Below are positions 18,113 to 27,675 of a DNA stretch of 55,872 bases, piece by piece (position 1 is the stretch's first letter; every line of letters starts with the position of its first letter). The position numbers and the translations under genes were made by a program. This stretch comes from Syntrophomonadaceae bacterium. GTDB lineage: Bacteria; Bacillota; Dethiobacteria; DTU022; UBA8154. Location: positions 1-55,872 of the forward strand of contig PWRZ01000101.1 in the NCBI GenBank assembly GCA_003563385.1, given 5' to 3'. The notes under the pieces are model-generated. The model did no database searches. It had not been told where the DNA came from and saw only the letters and a program-made list of their open reading frames with translations.

Positions 18113-20365
18113 TTATAGCATTACCAGGGGATTAAAATCCACTGTAACCCTGACATCCCGGCTCAGCCTTTTCTTAAATTCCCACACCTCTGCCTTGATT
18201 GCCTGGCAGTACCTGTCCAGGCCCGGCCCCTTCATTACAAGGTTGTAGCGGTAGTAACCTCTTACCCTGGCATAAGGAGCCGGTGAAGGGCCGAGCATCT
18301 CTGGAAGATCTTCTCCATTGAAGGCAAGGGCCTCTTCAAGGGTTGACCGGAGCATTTGGGCTGTTTCGCCTGCCTTTTCTTCCCTGACAGCACTGCAGCG
18401 GAAAAGAATTATGTCCGCAAAAGGCGGGTATAAGAGGGCCTCTCTTCTTTCCAATTCCTCCTGTGCAAACAGCTCGTAATCATGTGCTGAAGCGGCCTTG
18501 ATACTGTAGTGCCAGGGGGAAAAAGTCTGTATGATAACACGCCCTTTTTTATCCCCCCTGCCCGCGCGGCCTGCCGCCTGCGTCAGCAGCTGGAAGGTGC
18601 GCTCGCCGGCACGGAAATCGGGCAGGTGCAGTGTAATATCAGCCGCTACAACGCCAACGAGGGTAACACCGGGAAAATGAAGGCCCTTGGCAACCATCTG
18701 CGTGCCTATAAGAACGGAAGCCTCTCTCTCTCTAAAAGTGCTCCAGATCCTGCTGTGGGCCCCTTTTACCCCCACCGTGTCGCTGTCCATTCTGATCACC
18801 TTCAGGCCCGGAAATTGTTCCTTAACCTCTATTTCCACTTTCTGGGTCCCCAGGCCGAAATTCTTGATAAAGGTGCTCTTACACTGTGGGCAGCAGTCCG
18901 GCACTGCCCCCCTGTAGCCGCAGAAATGGCACTGCAGGTGCTCCGGGGAGGAATGGTAAGTGAGGGAAACGGAACAAAAGGAGCATTCTATTACGTAACC
19001 GCACTTTCGGCAGAGCTGAAAGCCGGCAAAGCCGCGCCGGTTAAGGAAAAGGACAACCTGTTCGCCGCGTGAAACCGCTCTTTCCATGGCCCTTGACAGG
19101 GAACGGCTGAATACGCTTTTGTTCTTCTGCCTGAATTCAGCGCGCATATCCACTACCTGTACTTCAGGCAGGGTTCTGCCGGCCACCCTCTCGGTAAGCT
19201 GAAGCAGTTTCACTTTTCCCCCTTTCGACTGCCGGTACGTCTCCAGGGAAGGGGTTGCGCTCCCCATCATCAGCAGTGCACCGTGATAATGGGCTCTCCA
19301 CCTGGCTACGTCCAGGGCATGGTACCGGGGAGAATCCTCCTGCTTGTATGTATTTTCGTGTTCCTCATCCACTATGATCAGCCCGATGCTGTCCAGTGGG
19401 GCGAAAACCGCCGAGCGTGCTCCGAGAACGACACGGGCTTCCCCGTTTCTTACTCTCCACCACTGCTCGTATCTTTCCCCCGCTGAAAGGGCGCTGTGCA
19501 GCAGGGCAATATCATCGCAAAACCTTCCCCTGAACTGCTCTACCATCTGCGGGGTAAGGGCGATCTCCGGGACGAGTATCAATACGGTAAGCCCTTTTTT
19601 TAACACTTCCTCCACGGCGCGCAGGTATATCGCCGTTTTACCGCTACCGGTTATACCGTGGATCAAAATGGGCTTTCCGGACTGGAAAAGGCTCTCCCTA
19701 ACCTCTTCCCAGGCCGCCGCCTGCTGTCCCCGGAAAATGAGCTCCCCCCCCATGGATGCCGGGCCTTCCCCGTTTTTTTCCCCTGACGAGCGTTTTAGGG
19801 GCACTTTTTCCACCCTCAGCAGTTCCCTCTCTGCCAGGGCGTCCAGGCTCCTGCGGGAAGCTCCCGTTTTCTTGATAAGCTCTCTTAAGGGGAGACCATC
19901 GCTTCCAGCCAGTGACAGGCACTCCAGTATCAACGCCTGCCGGAAGGCCTTTTTCTTTATCCTGGCGCTCTCCGCCAGCAGCTCACTGCTGTCAGCCCCC
20001 GGAAAGACAAGCTCAAAAAACCTTGATCTTGCTCCTCCCCCTGCAGGCGGCAGGCAGGCATTTATCGCTTCTATTTGACGGCAGAAAAAACGCCTGGACA
20101 ACCACCGGCTCAACTCTATAAATTCCGGCGAAAGTACCGGCAGTGAGCCATGCACTTCCAGTATCTCCCTGGGGTTGTCGACCTTTTTTTCCTTCTCCAC
20201 GGAAACCACGTAGGCAGTTGTCAGCCGGGAGCGAAAAGGGACTAAAACCTGCGATCCTTCCTGTACCAGCTGGCGGAGGTGAGAAGGGATTAAATATTGG
20301 AAAGGCCTGTCCACGGCATCACTGATCACGTTTACAATGACATGAGCATATGTATCTTCCGGCAA
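18113..20365 (-). CDS. priA: primosomal replication-restart helicase PriA
   Basis: Walker A GITGSGKT, DEEH, and the zinc-binding insert CRKCGYVIECSFCSVSLTYH...CHFCG...CPQC. TTG start. Confidence 0.95.
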   Translation of the reverse strand: MPEDTYAHVIVNVISDAVDRPFQYLIPSHLRQLVQEGSQVLVPFRSRLTTAYVVSVEKEKKVDNPREILEVHGSLPVLSPEFIELSRWLSRRFFCRQIEAINACLPPAGGGARSRFFELVFPGADSSELLAESARIKKKAFRQALILECLSLAGSDGLPLRELIKKTGASRRSLDALAERELLRVEKVPLKRSSGEKNGEGPASMGGELIFRGQQAAAWEEVRESLFQSGKPILIHGITGSGKTAIYLRAVEEVLKKGLTVLILVPEIALTPQMVEQFRGRFCDDIALLHSALSAGERYEQWWRVRNGEARVVLGARSAVFAPLDSIGLIIVDEEHENTYKQEDSPRYHALDVARWRAHYHGALLMMGSATPSLETYRQSKGGKVKLLQLTERVAGRTLPEVQVVDMRAEFRQKNKSVFSRSLSRAMERAVSRGEQVVLFLNRRGFAGFQLCRKCGYVIECSFCSVSLTYHSSPEHLQCHFCGYRGAVPDCCPQCKSTFIKNFGLGTQKVEIEVKEQFPGLKVIRMDSDTVGVKGAHSRIWSTFREREASVLIGTQMVAKGLHFPGVTLVGVVAADITLHLPDFRAGERTFQLLTQAAGRAGRGDKKGRVIIQTFSPWHYSIKAASAHDYELFAQEELERREALLYPPFADIILFRCSAVREEKAGETAQMLRSTLEEALAFNGEDLPEMLGPSPAPYARVRGYYRYNLVMKGPGLDRYCQAIKAEVWEFKKRLSRDVRVTVDFNPLVML

Positions 20366-20463
20366 TGCAGAACACCCTCTACCAGATCAGTATCATTTTC
20401 CTGGTAAACATATTATAATATATTTATAACGTCAAAGGGCAACTAAAGACGAAGAGGGATAAA

Positions 20464-21078
20464 ATGTTTTTAAAACCTGAACCAGCCCGTGTGCTGCTCC
20501 AAAATACAAGCTGGATTATCCTGGCGCTGCTCTTTTTTTTGGTGGGGGTATTCGCATCGACCCTGTTTGGCGGCAGCGATTCTTTTGTAACCGACTTTAC
20601 TGAAAGCCAGCAGCCTGTACTGCAAAAAGCGGCCGAGATCGTTTTTGAAGGGCCGCCGCTTCAGGGAATAGCGTTTCTTATTATTAACAATCTACTGGCC
20701 TCTCTGCTGATGCTGCTGCTGGGAGCAATGCTGGGGCTCCCCACAATGCTGGGCCTGTTTTTTAACGGGGCGCTGCTGGGCAGCGCCGTAACCATGCTGG
20801 GCCGGGAAGGAGTTCCTGTCTTAAACTTTCTACTCCTGGGGGTCCTCCCGCACGGTATTTTTGAGCTGCCCGCCTTTTTTACCTGCGCCGCTTTGGGGCT
20901 GAAGCTCGGTTTTCACCTGCTCTTTCCCCTTCCCTCTAAAAATAGGAGGGAAAGCATCAAGTTTATCTGGAAAGAGTTTACCGCCGTTTTTCCCCTTGTA
21001 ATCATGCTGATCATAACGGCGGCCGTTATCGAGGTGATGGTAACGCCCGTTCTGCTGGTAATGTTTGCCGGGCTGTAG
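20464..21078 (+). CDS. spoIIM: SpoIIM-family (PF01944-like) integral membrane protein
   Basis: Multi-TM protein with the family-typical LPHGIFELPAFF segment and about 204 aa, close to B. subtilis SpoIIM. One of only two plus-strand genes. The orthology is an inference. Confidence 0.62.
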   Translation: MFLKPEPARVLLQNTSWIILALLFFLVGVFASTLFGGSDSFVTDFTESQQPVLQKAAEIVFEGPPLQGIAFLIINNLLASLLMLLLGAMLGLPTMLGLFFNGALLGSAVTMLGREGVPVLNFLLLGVLPHGIFELPAFFTCAALGLKLGFHLLFPLPSKNRRESIKFIWKEFTAVFPLVIMLIITAAVIEVMVTPVLLVMFAGL

Positions 21079-21090
21079 ACAGGGGAAACG

Positions 21091-21131
21091 GCAGCAAAAA
21101 AAAGGGCTTCAGTGGCCCTTTTTTTTGCTGC
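21091..21131. terminator. bidirectional rho-independent terminator between convergent spoIIM-like and coaBC genes
   Basis: Perfect 17-bp stem GCAGCAAAAAAAAGGGC / GCCCTTTTTTTTGCTGC with a 7-nt loop. The A8/T8 arms supply a U-tract in both orientations. Confidence 0.75.
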
Positions 21132-21165
21132 TGTCAGGGGAGGCTTCCCCGGGGGAAAACTGGTC

Positions 21166-22383
21166 TTACTTTTTCGCAGTCATGCCGGCTATTCGGTCCA
21201 GGATACAGTGTGCCAGCTCATACTTGGACATCAGGGGCAGGCTTTCGAGCTCTCCATCCCGGGAAAGCAGCTGGGCAATATTGGTCTCACAGGCAAACCC
21301 GGCACCTTCCTGGTTTACGTTATTTATGACGACCATGTCCAGCTTCTTTTGCAGCATTTTATGGCGCGCGTTTTCAAGCAGGTTGCCGGTCTCCGCAGCG
21401 AAACCTACCAGGAAACGGTCCCCTTTTTGCATACCGACATTTTCCAAAATATCGGGGTTGCGAACCAGCTCCAGTGAAAGATCGCCGCCCTTTTTTATTT
21501 TTTGGGGCTGTTCTTCTTTGGGCCTGTAATCGGATACTGCGGCCGCTTTTATAACAACCTGCGCATCGCTTAACCGGCCCATAACCGCCTCGTACATCTG
21601 CCTGGCGGATACTACGGGGTAAAATTCAACCCCCGGCGGCGGTTCCAGCTCAGCCGGTCCGCTGACCAGGATAACATGAGCCCCTCTTTCCCGTGCCGCC
21701 CGGGCAATGGCGTATCCCATTTTGCCGCTGGAGCGGTTGCTCAAAAAACGAACCGGGTCCCACGGTTCTCTCGTAGGCCCGGCAGTAACCAGTACTGTTA
21801 CCCCGCTGTAATCATGTTCCTTTTTAAAAATTTCCCTGACCATCTCCAGCAGCTGCTGCGGTTCGGCCATGCGGCCTTCCCCTACTTCTCCACAGGCCAG
21901 TTCTCCGCTGAGAGGGTCGGCAATGAGATAGCCCCTGCGGTAAAGAACTTCAATATTGTTTCTTACAGCGGGATTGTTCAGCATGGAGGTATTCATGGAA
22001 GGAGCTATAACTACGGGACATTTATTTATATCGACCGCGAGAAGCACGGTCGAAAGAAGATCATCTGCTATCCCCGATGCCAGCTTGCCGATAATATTTG
22101 CCGTCGCCGGGGCAACTACGGCCGCGTGCGGTTCCCTTGCAAGGTCTATATGAACCGTTGCCCCGCCGGTGACATACTCAAAAAGGGAGCGGTAAACGGG
22201 ACGTCCCGTGAGGGCCGAGAAGGTAAGCGGTGCTATAAAAGCTTCTGCTGAAGCAGTCATGACCACCTGCACGCTGCAGCCGTCCTTCACCAGCAGGCGG
22301 GCCAGCTCGGCACTTTTGTAAGCCGCTATTCCCCCGGTAATACCGAGGAGGATGATCTTCTTATCCAGCACTTGCGGGCTCAT
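21166..22383 (-). CDS. coaBC: bifunctional phosphopantothenoylcysteine decarboxylase / phosphopantothenate-cysteine ligase
   Basis: Flavoprotein half [10 protein letters not shown]...APSMNTSM. Ligase half [24 protein letters not shown]...AAAVSDY. ATGA overlap with the rpoZ stop. Confidence 0.95.
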   Translation of the reverse strand: MSPQVLDKKIILLGITGGIAAYKSAELARLLVKDGCSVQVVMTASAEAFIAPLTFSALTGRPVYRSLFEYVTGGATVHIDLAREPHAAVVAPATANIIGKLASGIADDLLSTVLLAVDINKCPVVIAPSMNTSMLNNPAVRNNIEVLYRRGYLIADPLSGELACGEVGEGRMAEPQQLLEMVREIFKKEHDYSGVTVLVTAGPTREPWDPVRFLSNRSSGKMGYAIARAARERGAHVILVSGPAELEPPPGVEFYPVVSARQMYEAVMGRLSDAQVVIKAAAVSDYRPKEEQPQKIKKGGDLSLELVRNPDILENVGMQKGDRFLVGFAAETGNLLENARHKMLQKKLDMVVINNVNQEGAGFACETNIAQLLSRDGELESLPLMSKYELAHCILDRIAGMTAKK

Positions 22384-22586
22384 TTTATACCGTCTTTAGT
22401 CCTCTCAAAAGTTATTCTTTCGGAAGCTATATCTTCAAGCGCTGCAGACACCTCTTTAAAGACGGCCACGTTTTCTCGTGAACTTTCAGCATCAAGAAGC
22501 TGGCGTGCCCTTTTTGCCGCCATAATGACCAGTGAATAACGGCTGTCCACGTTTTTGAGCATTTCATCTACGGAGGGGTATATCAC
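22380..22586 (-). CDS. rpoZ: DNA-directed RNA polymerase omega subunit
   Basis: PSVDEMLKNVDSRYSLVIMAAKRARQL. Start set at GTG 22586 (GTGA overlap with the gmk stop, GGAAGGTGG upstream). The longer track ORF is an in-frame extension into gmk. Confidence 0.9.
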   Translation of the reverse strand: MIYPSVDEMLKNVDSRYSLVIMAAKRARQLLDAESSRENVAVFKEVSAALEDIASERITFERTKDGIK

Positions 22587-23200
22587 CTTATTCCACCTTC
22601 CTCTAAAAGCCTGTTCAGGATTTCTTCGTTTCTGCTGACACGGCATTTCTCTGCCGCTATAACAGCCTTTATAATATCAACGGCTTCCTGGATATCATCG
22701 TTTATGACCATGTAATCGTAATGGCGTATTTCTTCCAGCTCGCGGTAAGCGGTGGAGAACCTCTCTTTTATAATATCGGGGCGTTCTGTCCCCCGGCCCT
22801 CGATACGCGTCCGCAGCTCTTTCATCGATGGGGGTAGAAGGAATAGAAACACCGCGTCTTCACAGCGCTCGCGGACCTGTTTTGCTCCTTCTATATCTAT
22901 TTCCAGGATAACATCGCAGCCTTCGCTTCTTCTTTGCTCCACCTTGTACCGGGGTGTGCCGTAGTAGTTACCGTACACCCTGGCCCATTCCAGCAGCCCC
23001 CCCTGCTCTTTGAGGTCCTCAAATTCCCTTTCGGTAATAAAATAATAATTGACCCCGTCTTTCTCACCCCGCCGGGGGGGACGGGTGGTTACCGATATGG
23101 AATAATAGATACCCATAAGCTGCCGGCATAGATTCTGGCAAATGGTACCCTTTCCGGCCCCGGAGGGGCCGGAAAGTACTATTAACAGCCCCTTTTTCAT
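22583..23200 (-). CDS. gmk: guanylate kinase
   Basis: LIVLSGPSGAGKGT, TTRPPRRGEKDGVNYYF and EIDIEGA. Confidence 0.96.
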   Translation of the reverse strand: MKKGLLIVLSGPSGAGKGTICQNLCRQLMGIYYSISVTTRPPRRGEKDGVNYYFITEREFEDLKEQGGLLEWARVYGNYYGTPRYKVEQRRSEGCDVILEIDIEGAKQVRERCEDAVFLFLLPPSMKELRTRIEGRGTERPDIIKERFSTAYRELEEIRHYDYMVINDDIQEAVDIIKAVIAAEKCRVSRNEEILNRLLEEGGIR

Positions 23201-23230
23201 CTCTTCCTCCTGCAGTCACCGCAGCAGTAG

Positions 23231-23506
23231 CTATACTTTCAGGCTGCCTTCCTCGGCAACCGGCTCTTTGCTCTGCAAGCGGTGCTTGACCGTTTCCGGC
23301 TGTACGGCGGAAAGAATAACATGCCCGCTGTCAGTGATAATAACTGCACGGGTCCTCCGGCCATATGTTGCATCTACAAGCATGCCCCTGTCCCTGGCTT
23401 CAACTATTACCCTTTTTATAGGAGCAGACTCGGGGCTTACTATGGCAATAATTCGATTGGCGGAAACGATATTCCCAAATCCAATATTGATTAGCTTGAT
23501 ATTCAT
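23231..23506 (-). CDS. remA: RemA/YlzA (DUF370) biofilm-matrix regulator
   Basis: [34 protein letters not shown]...[28 protein letters not shown] is near-identical in pattern to B. subtilis RemA. Start at ATG 23506 rather than the track GTG 23554. Confidence 0.9.
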   Translation of the reverse strand: MNIKLINIGFGNIVSANRIIAIVSPESAPIKRVIVEARDRGMLVDATYGRRTRAVIITDSGHVILSAVQPETVKHRLQSKEPVAEEGSLKV

Positions 23507-23636
23507 CTCAACCTGATCCCTGTCATTTTGCTGCAATTCGGACCAGGTGCGCACCTCCTTATTATATTAATTACAGTCCCAAAGATGCCGGGAGGGAAAT
23601 ATTTACAAGCTCCCACCTCCATGGATTTCGTGTTTG

Positions 23637-24518
23637 TTATTCAATGTTTTGCACCTGTTCCCTAATTTTTTCAATTTCACTCTTGGCCTCCACTGCAAGG
23701 TGGGAGATCTCCAAGTCACTGCTCTTTACCGTAACGGTGTTTACCTCTCTGTTCATTTCCTGCAAAATGAAATCGAGCTTACGCCCCACCGACTCATCCC
23801 TGGAAATTTCGCGGCTAAAAACCTGCACATGGCTGTCAAGGCGAACCAGCTCTTCTTCAATGTTGCAGCGCTCTGCAAATAGAACCGCCTCCATAGTAAA
23901 ACGCTGCCGGTCGTAATCGCTGCTTTCAAACAGCTCATCCAGGCGCGCGGCAAGTTTCCGGCGGTATTCCTCCGTCACCAGCGGGCTTTTTTCTTTAATG
24001 CGCTCTACCAATCCCTCTATTTTTTGAAGCCTGGCGGTAATATCTTCCTTTAGCCTGCCGCCCTCCTCTTTGCGGTGATGAACGAGGCTTGAAACGGCCT
24101 TAAGAACTGCTCTTTCCAAAAACGGTTCTAACGAAGCAGGGTCAGCCTCTTTCTTTTCCACGTTCAAAACACCGGGAAAGCGGGCCAGCTCCTCTGCGGT
24201 ATACTCCTTTTCCGGTAAAGCCAGTAATTCCTGCATCCTGTGCAGTGATTTAAAATATGAAGCTGCCAGAGCTTCATCCACTACTACACTTTGTTTCTCC
24301 CCGTCGCCGGCTTCCAGTGTTACCTGCAGCTCGATCCTGCCTCTAAAAATACTGCCCTGCAGAAGCTGCCTGATCTTGTCCTCAAGGGAAGCCAGCTCGC
24401 GGGGTATTTTTATTGCCGGGGTGAAATAGCGGTGGTTCAGGGCCCTGATCTCTACGCTGACACGGTGATTAAACCCGCTTTCTTCTCCCTTCCCATAACC
24501 GGTCATGCTTCTTACCAA
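23637..24518 (-). CDS. yicC: YicC/YloC family stress-induced protein
   Basis: The (M)VRSMTGYG N-terminus and the C-terminal EMNREVNT...EKIREQVQNIE are family hallmarks. TTG start. Confidence 0.9.
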   Translation of the reverse strand: MVRSMTGYGKGEESGFNHRVSVEIRALNHRYFTPAIKIPRELASLEDKIRQLLQGSIFRGRIELQVTLEAGDGEKQSVVVDEALAASYFKSLHRMQELLALPEKEYTAEELARFPGVLNVEKKEADPASLEPFLERAVLKAVSSLVHHRKEEGGRLKEDITARLQKIEGLVERIKEKSPLVTEEYRRKLAARLDELFESSDYDRQRFTMEAVLFAERCNIEEELVRLDSHVQVFSREISRDESVGRKLDFILQEMNREVNTVTVKSSDLEISHLAVEAKSEIEKIREQVQNIE

Positions 24519-24602
24519 AAAACCTTACCCCTTTTTCTTTCAGGATCCTTCGGCAGCCCTGCTCATGTCTGATAATGTGCTTCTTACGATACGCTTAACC
24601 CT

Positions 24603-24630
24603 ATTTTACCACAAAACAGTGCACAATCAA
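24603..24630 (-). promoter_or_regulatory. candidate sigma-A promoter for yicC-remA-gmk-rpoZ-coaBC
   Basis: Minus strand TTGATT - 16 nt - (TGg)TAAAAT with an extended -10 TG. It lies about 85 nt upstream of the yicC start. Confidence 0.55.
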
Positions 24631-24678
24631 GAGTAAAAGGGTGTATATTATAATTTTTGCGCCTATTTGGCTCTATAA

Positions 24679-27429
24679 CTACTTGTTGTTAACCGATTCT
24701 CCTGCATATATTTTGCCACAACAGCGTTGAAAATAATTCAATACATATGGAATGGAGGAAACCAGGAAGATAAATGCCCAGTCGCCCGGGTTGAGGGGAT
24801 AGGTCCGGAATATTTCCTGTAGGAATGGATAGTAGAGAATGCATGTTAAGAGGACGAATGATACCGCCACCGCCGCTACCAGCAGGGGATTGCCGGAAAA
24901 GGGCGTCTCCCAGGCCCCGGGCTTTTCTGAGCGACACTCAAAAACATGCATCAGCTGTGTAACAATGAGGGTGGTAAGGGCCATTGTCTGGGCATAAACC
25001 AGTTCATATGTAGAAAACCAGGCCAGCGCGAAAACGGCAGCGGAAGTCAGCCCTATGGTAACACCGCGTCCCAGTATCTTGAGCCACAAACCCCGTCCAA
25101 AAATACTTTCTCCGGCAGGCCTGGGAGGCCTGACCATGACGCCTTTCTCCGGCGGTTCCATTCCCAGTGCCAGCGCAGGGAGACCGTCCGTAGCCAGGTT
25201 CACCCATAATATTTGTATCGGCCGCAGGGGCAGGGGCAGCCCCATTAACATGGCCACCAGCATAATCAATATCTCTCCGGCATTACATCCAAGCAGAAAG
25301 CGTATAAACTTGCGGATATTATCATAGATACTGCGCCCTTCTTCTACCGCGGCCACGATTGTACTGAAATTGTCGTCCGACAGGATCAGCGATGCAGATT
25401 CCCTGGTAACCTCCGTCCCCGACATCCCCATGGCTATACCGATATCGGCCTCTTTTACGGCGGGTGCATCATTAATACCGTCACCGGTCATGGCCACGAC
25501 ATGTCCTTTTCCTTTTAAGCAGCGCACTATCTTCAGCTTGTGCTCCGGGTTGACCCGGGCAAAAACGGTTATGTGCTCAATACGCCTGCCCAGTTCATGG
25601 TCACTTAAACTGTCCATTTCTGAGCCGGTCATCACCTGGGCCCTCGTTTTAATAATGCCCAACTTCTCCGCAACAGCGACAGCGGTATTGCGATGGTCGC
25701 CGGTAATCATCACCACTCGAATCCCTGCTTTTTTACATTTATGCACGGCTTTGTAAACTTCCGGCCGCGGCGGGTCAAACAGGCCCAAAAAGCCGGCGAA
25801 AATCATCTCCCCTTCAACGGTCTTTGTTTCCGGGATAACGCTGCCGGCCGGTATGTCCCGGTAAGCAACGGCAATGGTCCTTAAGGCCTCGGAGGCCATC
25901 TGCTCCATCCGGGACATAATCCTTCTTCGTTCGGCCTGGTCGAGCTTTTTCACTCTGCCCCCCGCATAAATCCCCGTGCACATTTCCAGGACGCGCTCGG
26001 GGGCACCTTTGACCATGACCGTCAATTGACCGCCCCTCCGGCAGGTAACTGTCATATACTTCCTGGCAGAGGAAAAGGGCTCCTCTTCTAATCTTACCCA
26101 GCCCTGCTCCAGTTTTTCCTTCCAAATACCCGCTTTGGCAGCACAGGCAAGCAGTGCGCCTTCCGTGGGGTTGCCCGACACATCCCACTCACGGCCGGCA
26201 CTGCCCCTGCCGGCCCTGCTCAAAAGAGAATTGTTGCATAGGACAGCTATGGTCAAACATCTCAGCAGGTGTTCATCTTCACGGGCTTTCACTTTCTGCC
26301 CCTGCAAGAAAAAATCGCCCCTGGGCTCGTATCCTTCTCCACCAACGTCCCAGATACTGCCGCCGGCGTATATCTTTTTTACGGTCATCCTGTTCTGCGT
26401 AATAGTACCCGTTTTGTCGGCACAAATAACTGTAGCACATCCGAGCGTCTCCACCGCGGGTAGGCGCCTCACTATGGCCCTGCGCCGTGCCATGCGCTGA
26501 ACTCCCAGGGCCAGGGAAATGGTAACTATTGCCGGCAGGCCTTCCGGTATGGCCGCCACGGCCAGTGTAATACCGGCCATGAACATTTTATAAATGTCCT
26601 CTCCCCTCCACATTCCCAGCAGCACGACCAGCAGGCAGAGAAACAGGCAGGCCAGCACCAGGTAGCGGCCCAGTCGTGCCAGTCTTTTCTGCAGCGGCGT
26701 GGCCTGCCGCTCCACATCCTGCATCAGCGATGCGATGCAACCCATCTCCGTCCTCATCCCGGTAGCGACAACAACGCCCCGCCCTTCGCCTTCCTTAATT
26801 AAAGTGCCGCTAAAAGCCATGTTTGCAGCATCTCCCGGCGATGAAGGAAAATTTCTGAGTACCACAATTTCCTTTTCCGAGGCCACCGATTCCCCGGTAA
26901 GTGGGGATTCATCTACCAGCAGCCCTTTTACGGACACCAGGCGGACATCTGCGCAGGTACGGTCCCCCGCCTTTAAAAGGAGGATGTCTCCCGGGACCAC
27001 TTCTTCAGAGGGCACTTCCACTAAAATCCCATCCCTGAGAACCGTCCCCCGCGGGGCAGAAAGACGCTTCAGTGCGGCAAATGAACGCTCCGCCCTGTAC
27101 TCCTGCACAAAACCGAGAAGCGCATTGATAATTACGATCACAATTATGACCACTGCATCGGTGTACTCTCCCAGGAGGCCCGAAATTAATGTTGCGGCAA
27201 GAAGAACAAGGACCATAAAATCCCTGAACTGGTCCAGTAAAAGCTCGATAATGCCCTTTTGCTTTTTCTCCTGGATTATATTGCTGCCCCATTCTTTTTT
27301 CCTCTTCTGCACTTCTTTAGCCGACAGGCCGCATCTTAAGTCCACCCCGAAATAAGCGGCTACTTCCTGCGGGGGTGAAAGGGCCCAAAAGCGCGCATTT
27401 TTTGTCTTATCCACTTTTCTCACCTTCAA
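24679..27429 (-). CDS. P-type cation-transporting ATPase, Ca2+ (SERCA/PMR1/YloB-like) subtype
   Basis: About 916 aa with ICADKTGTITQN, TGDHRNTA and GDGINDAPAVKEADIGIAMG, a PEGLP motif in M4 and 10 TM segments. The start is ambiguous (TTG 27429, GTG 27423 or GTG 27414). Confidence 0.9.
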   Translation of the reverse strand: MKVRKVDKTKNARFWALSPPQEVAAYFGVDLRCGLSAKEVQKRKKEWGSNIIQEKKQKGIIELLLDQFRDFMVLVLLAATLISGLLGEYTDAVVIIVIVIINALLGFVQEYRAERSFAALKRLSAPRGTVLRDGILVEVPSEEVVPGDILLLKAGDRTCADVRLVSVKGLLVDESPLTGESVASEKEIVVLRNFPSSPGDAANMAFSGTLIKEGEGRGVVVATGMRTEMGCIASLMQDVERQATPLQKRLARLGRYLVLACLFLCLLVVLLGMWRGEDIYKMFMAGITLAVAAIPEGLPAIVTISLALGVQRMARRRAIVRRLPAVETLGCATVICADKTGTITQNRMTVKKIYAGGSIWDVGGEGYEPRGDFFLQGQKVKAREDEHLLRCLTIAVLCNNSLLSRAGRGSAGREWDVSGNPTEGALLACAAKAGIWKEKLEQGWVRLEEEPFSSARKYMTVTCRRGGQLTVMVKGAPERVLEMCTGIYAGGRVKKLDQAERRRIMSRMEQMASEALRTIAVAYRDIPAGSVIPETKTVEGEMIFAGFLGLFDPPRPEVYKAVHKCKKAGIRVVMITGDHRNTAVAVAEKLGIIKTRAQVMTGSEMDSLSDHELGRRIEHITVFARVNPEHKLKIVRCLKGKGHVVAMTGDGINDAPAVKEADIGIAMGMSGTEVTRESASLILSDDNFSTIVAAVEEGRSIYDNIRKFIRFLLGCNAGEILIMLVAMLMGLPLPLRPIQILWVNLATDGLPALALGMEPPEKGVMVRPPRPAGESIFGRGLWLKILGRGVTIGLTSAAVFALAWFSTYELVYAQTMALTTLIVTQLMHVFECRSEKPGAWETPFSGNPLLVAAVAVSFVLLTCILYYPFLQEIFRTYPLNPGDWAFIFLVSSIPYVLNYFQRCCGKIYAGESVNNK

Positions 27430-27431
27430 GC

Positions 27432-27481
27432 GGGGAGGTATAAGCTGTTTAAGCTCATCCTTATACTTATTGTCCCTCCCC
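27432..27481 (-). promoter_or_regulatory. two-tier inverted repeat in the ATPase 5' leader
   Basis: Plus strand reads GGGGAGGTATAAG (27432-27444), then CTTATAC (27460-27466), a 7-nt bulge, then CCCTCCCC (27474-27481). On the mRNA the hairpin ends 2 nt before the first possible start codon. Confidence 0.35.
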
Positions 27482-27554
27482 TAAAAAAAGAACGCCCCTG
27501 TAGGCGGCAAACTGTTTCCAGGCAATGATGTTTTTTTAGGGTATGAATATTTGT

Positions 27555-27583
27555 TTGATTTTTAACCCCTCAGCAGTTATACT
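27555..27583 (+). promoter_or_regulatory. candidate sigma-A promoter for rqcH
   Basis: TTGATT - 17 nt - TATACT, about 92 nt upstream of the ATG. The leader contains a CCCCTG...CAGGGG hairpin. Confidence 0.55.
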
Positions 27584-27675
27584 TAACATTGCCGGGAAGT
27601 CAGCCCCTGCAGATGCGGCACTCTATTTACAGGGGAACGTCTCACTGGCATTATTAGCTGTCGAGGGGTAGAAAA

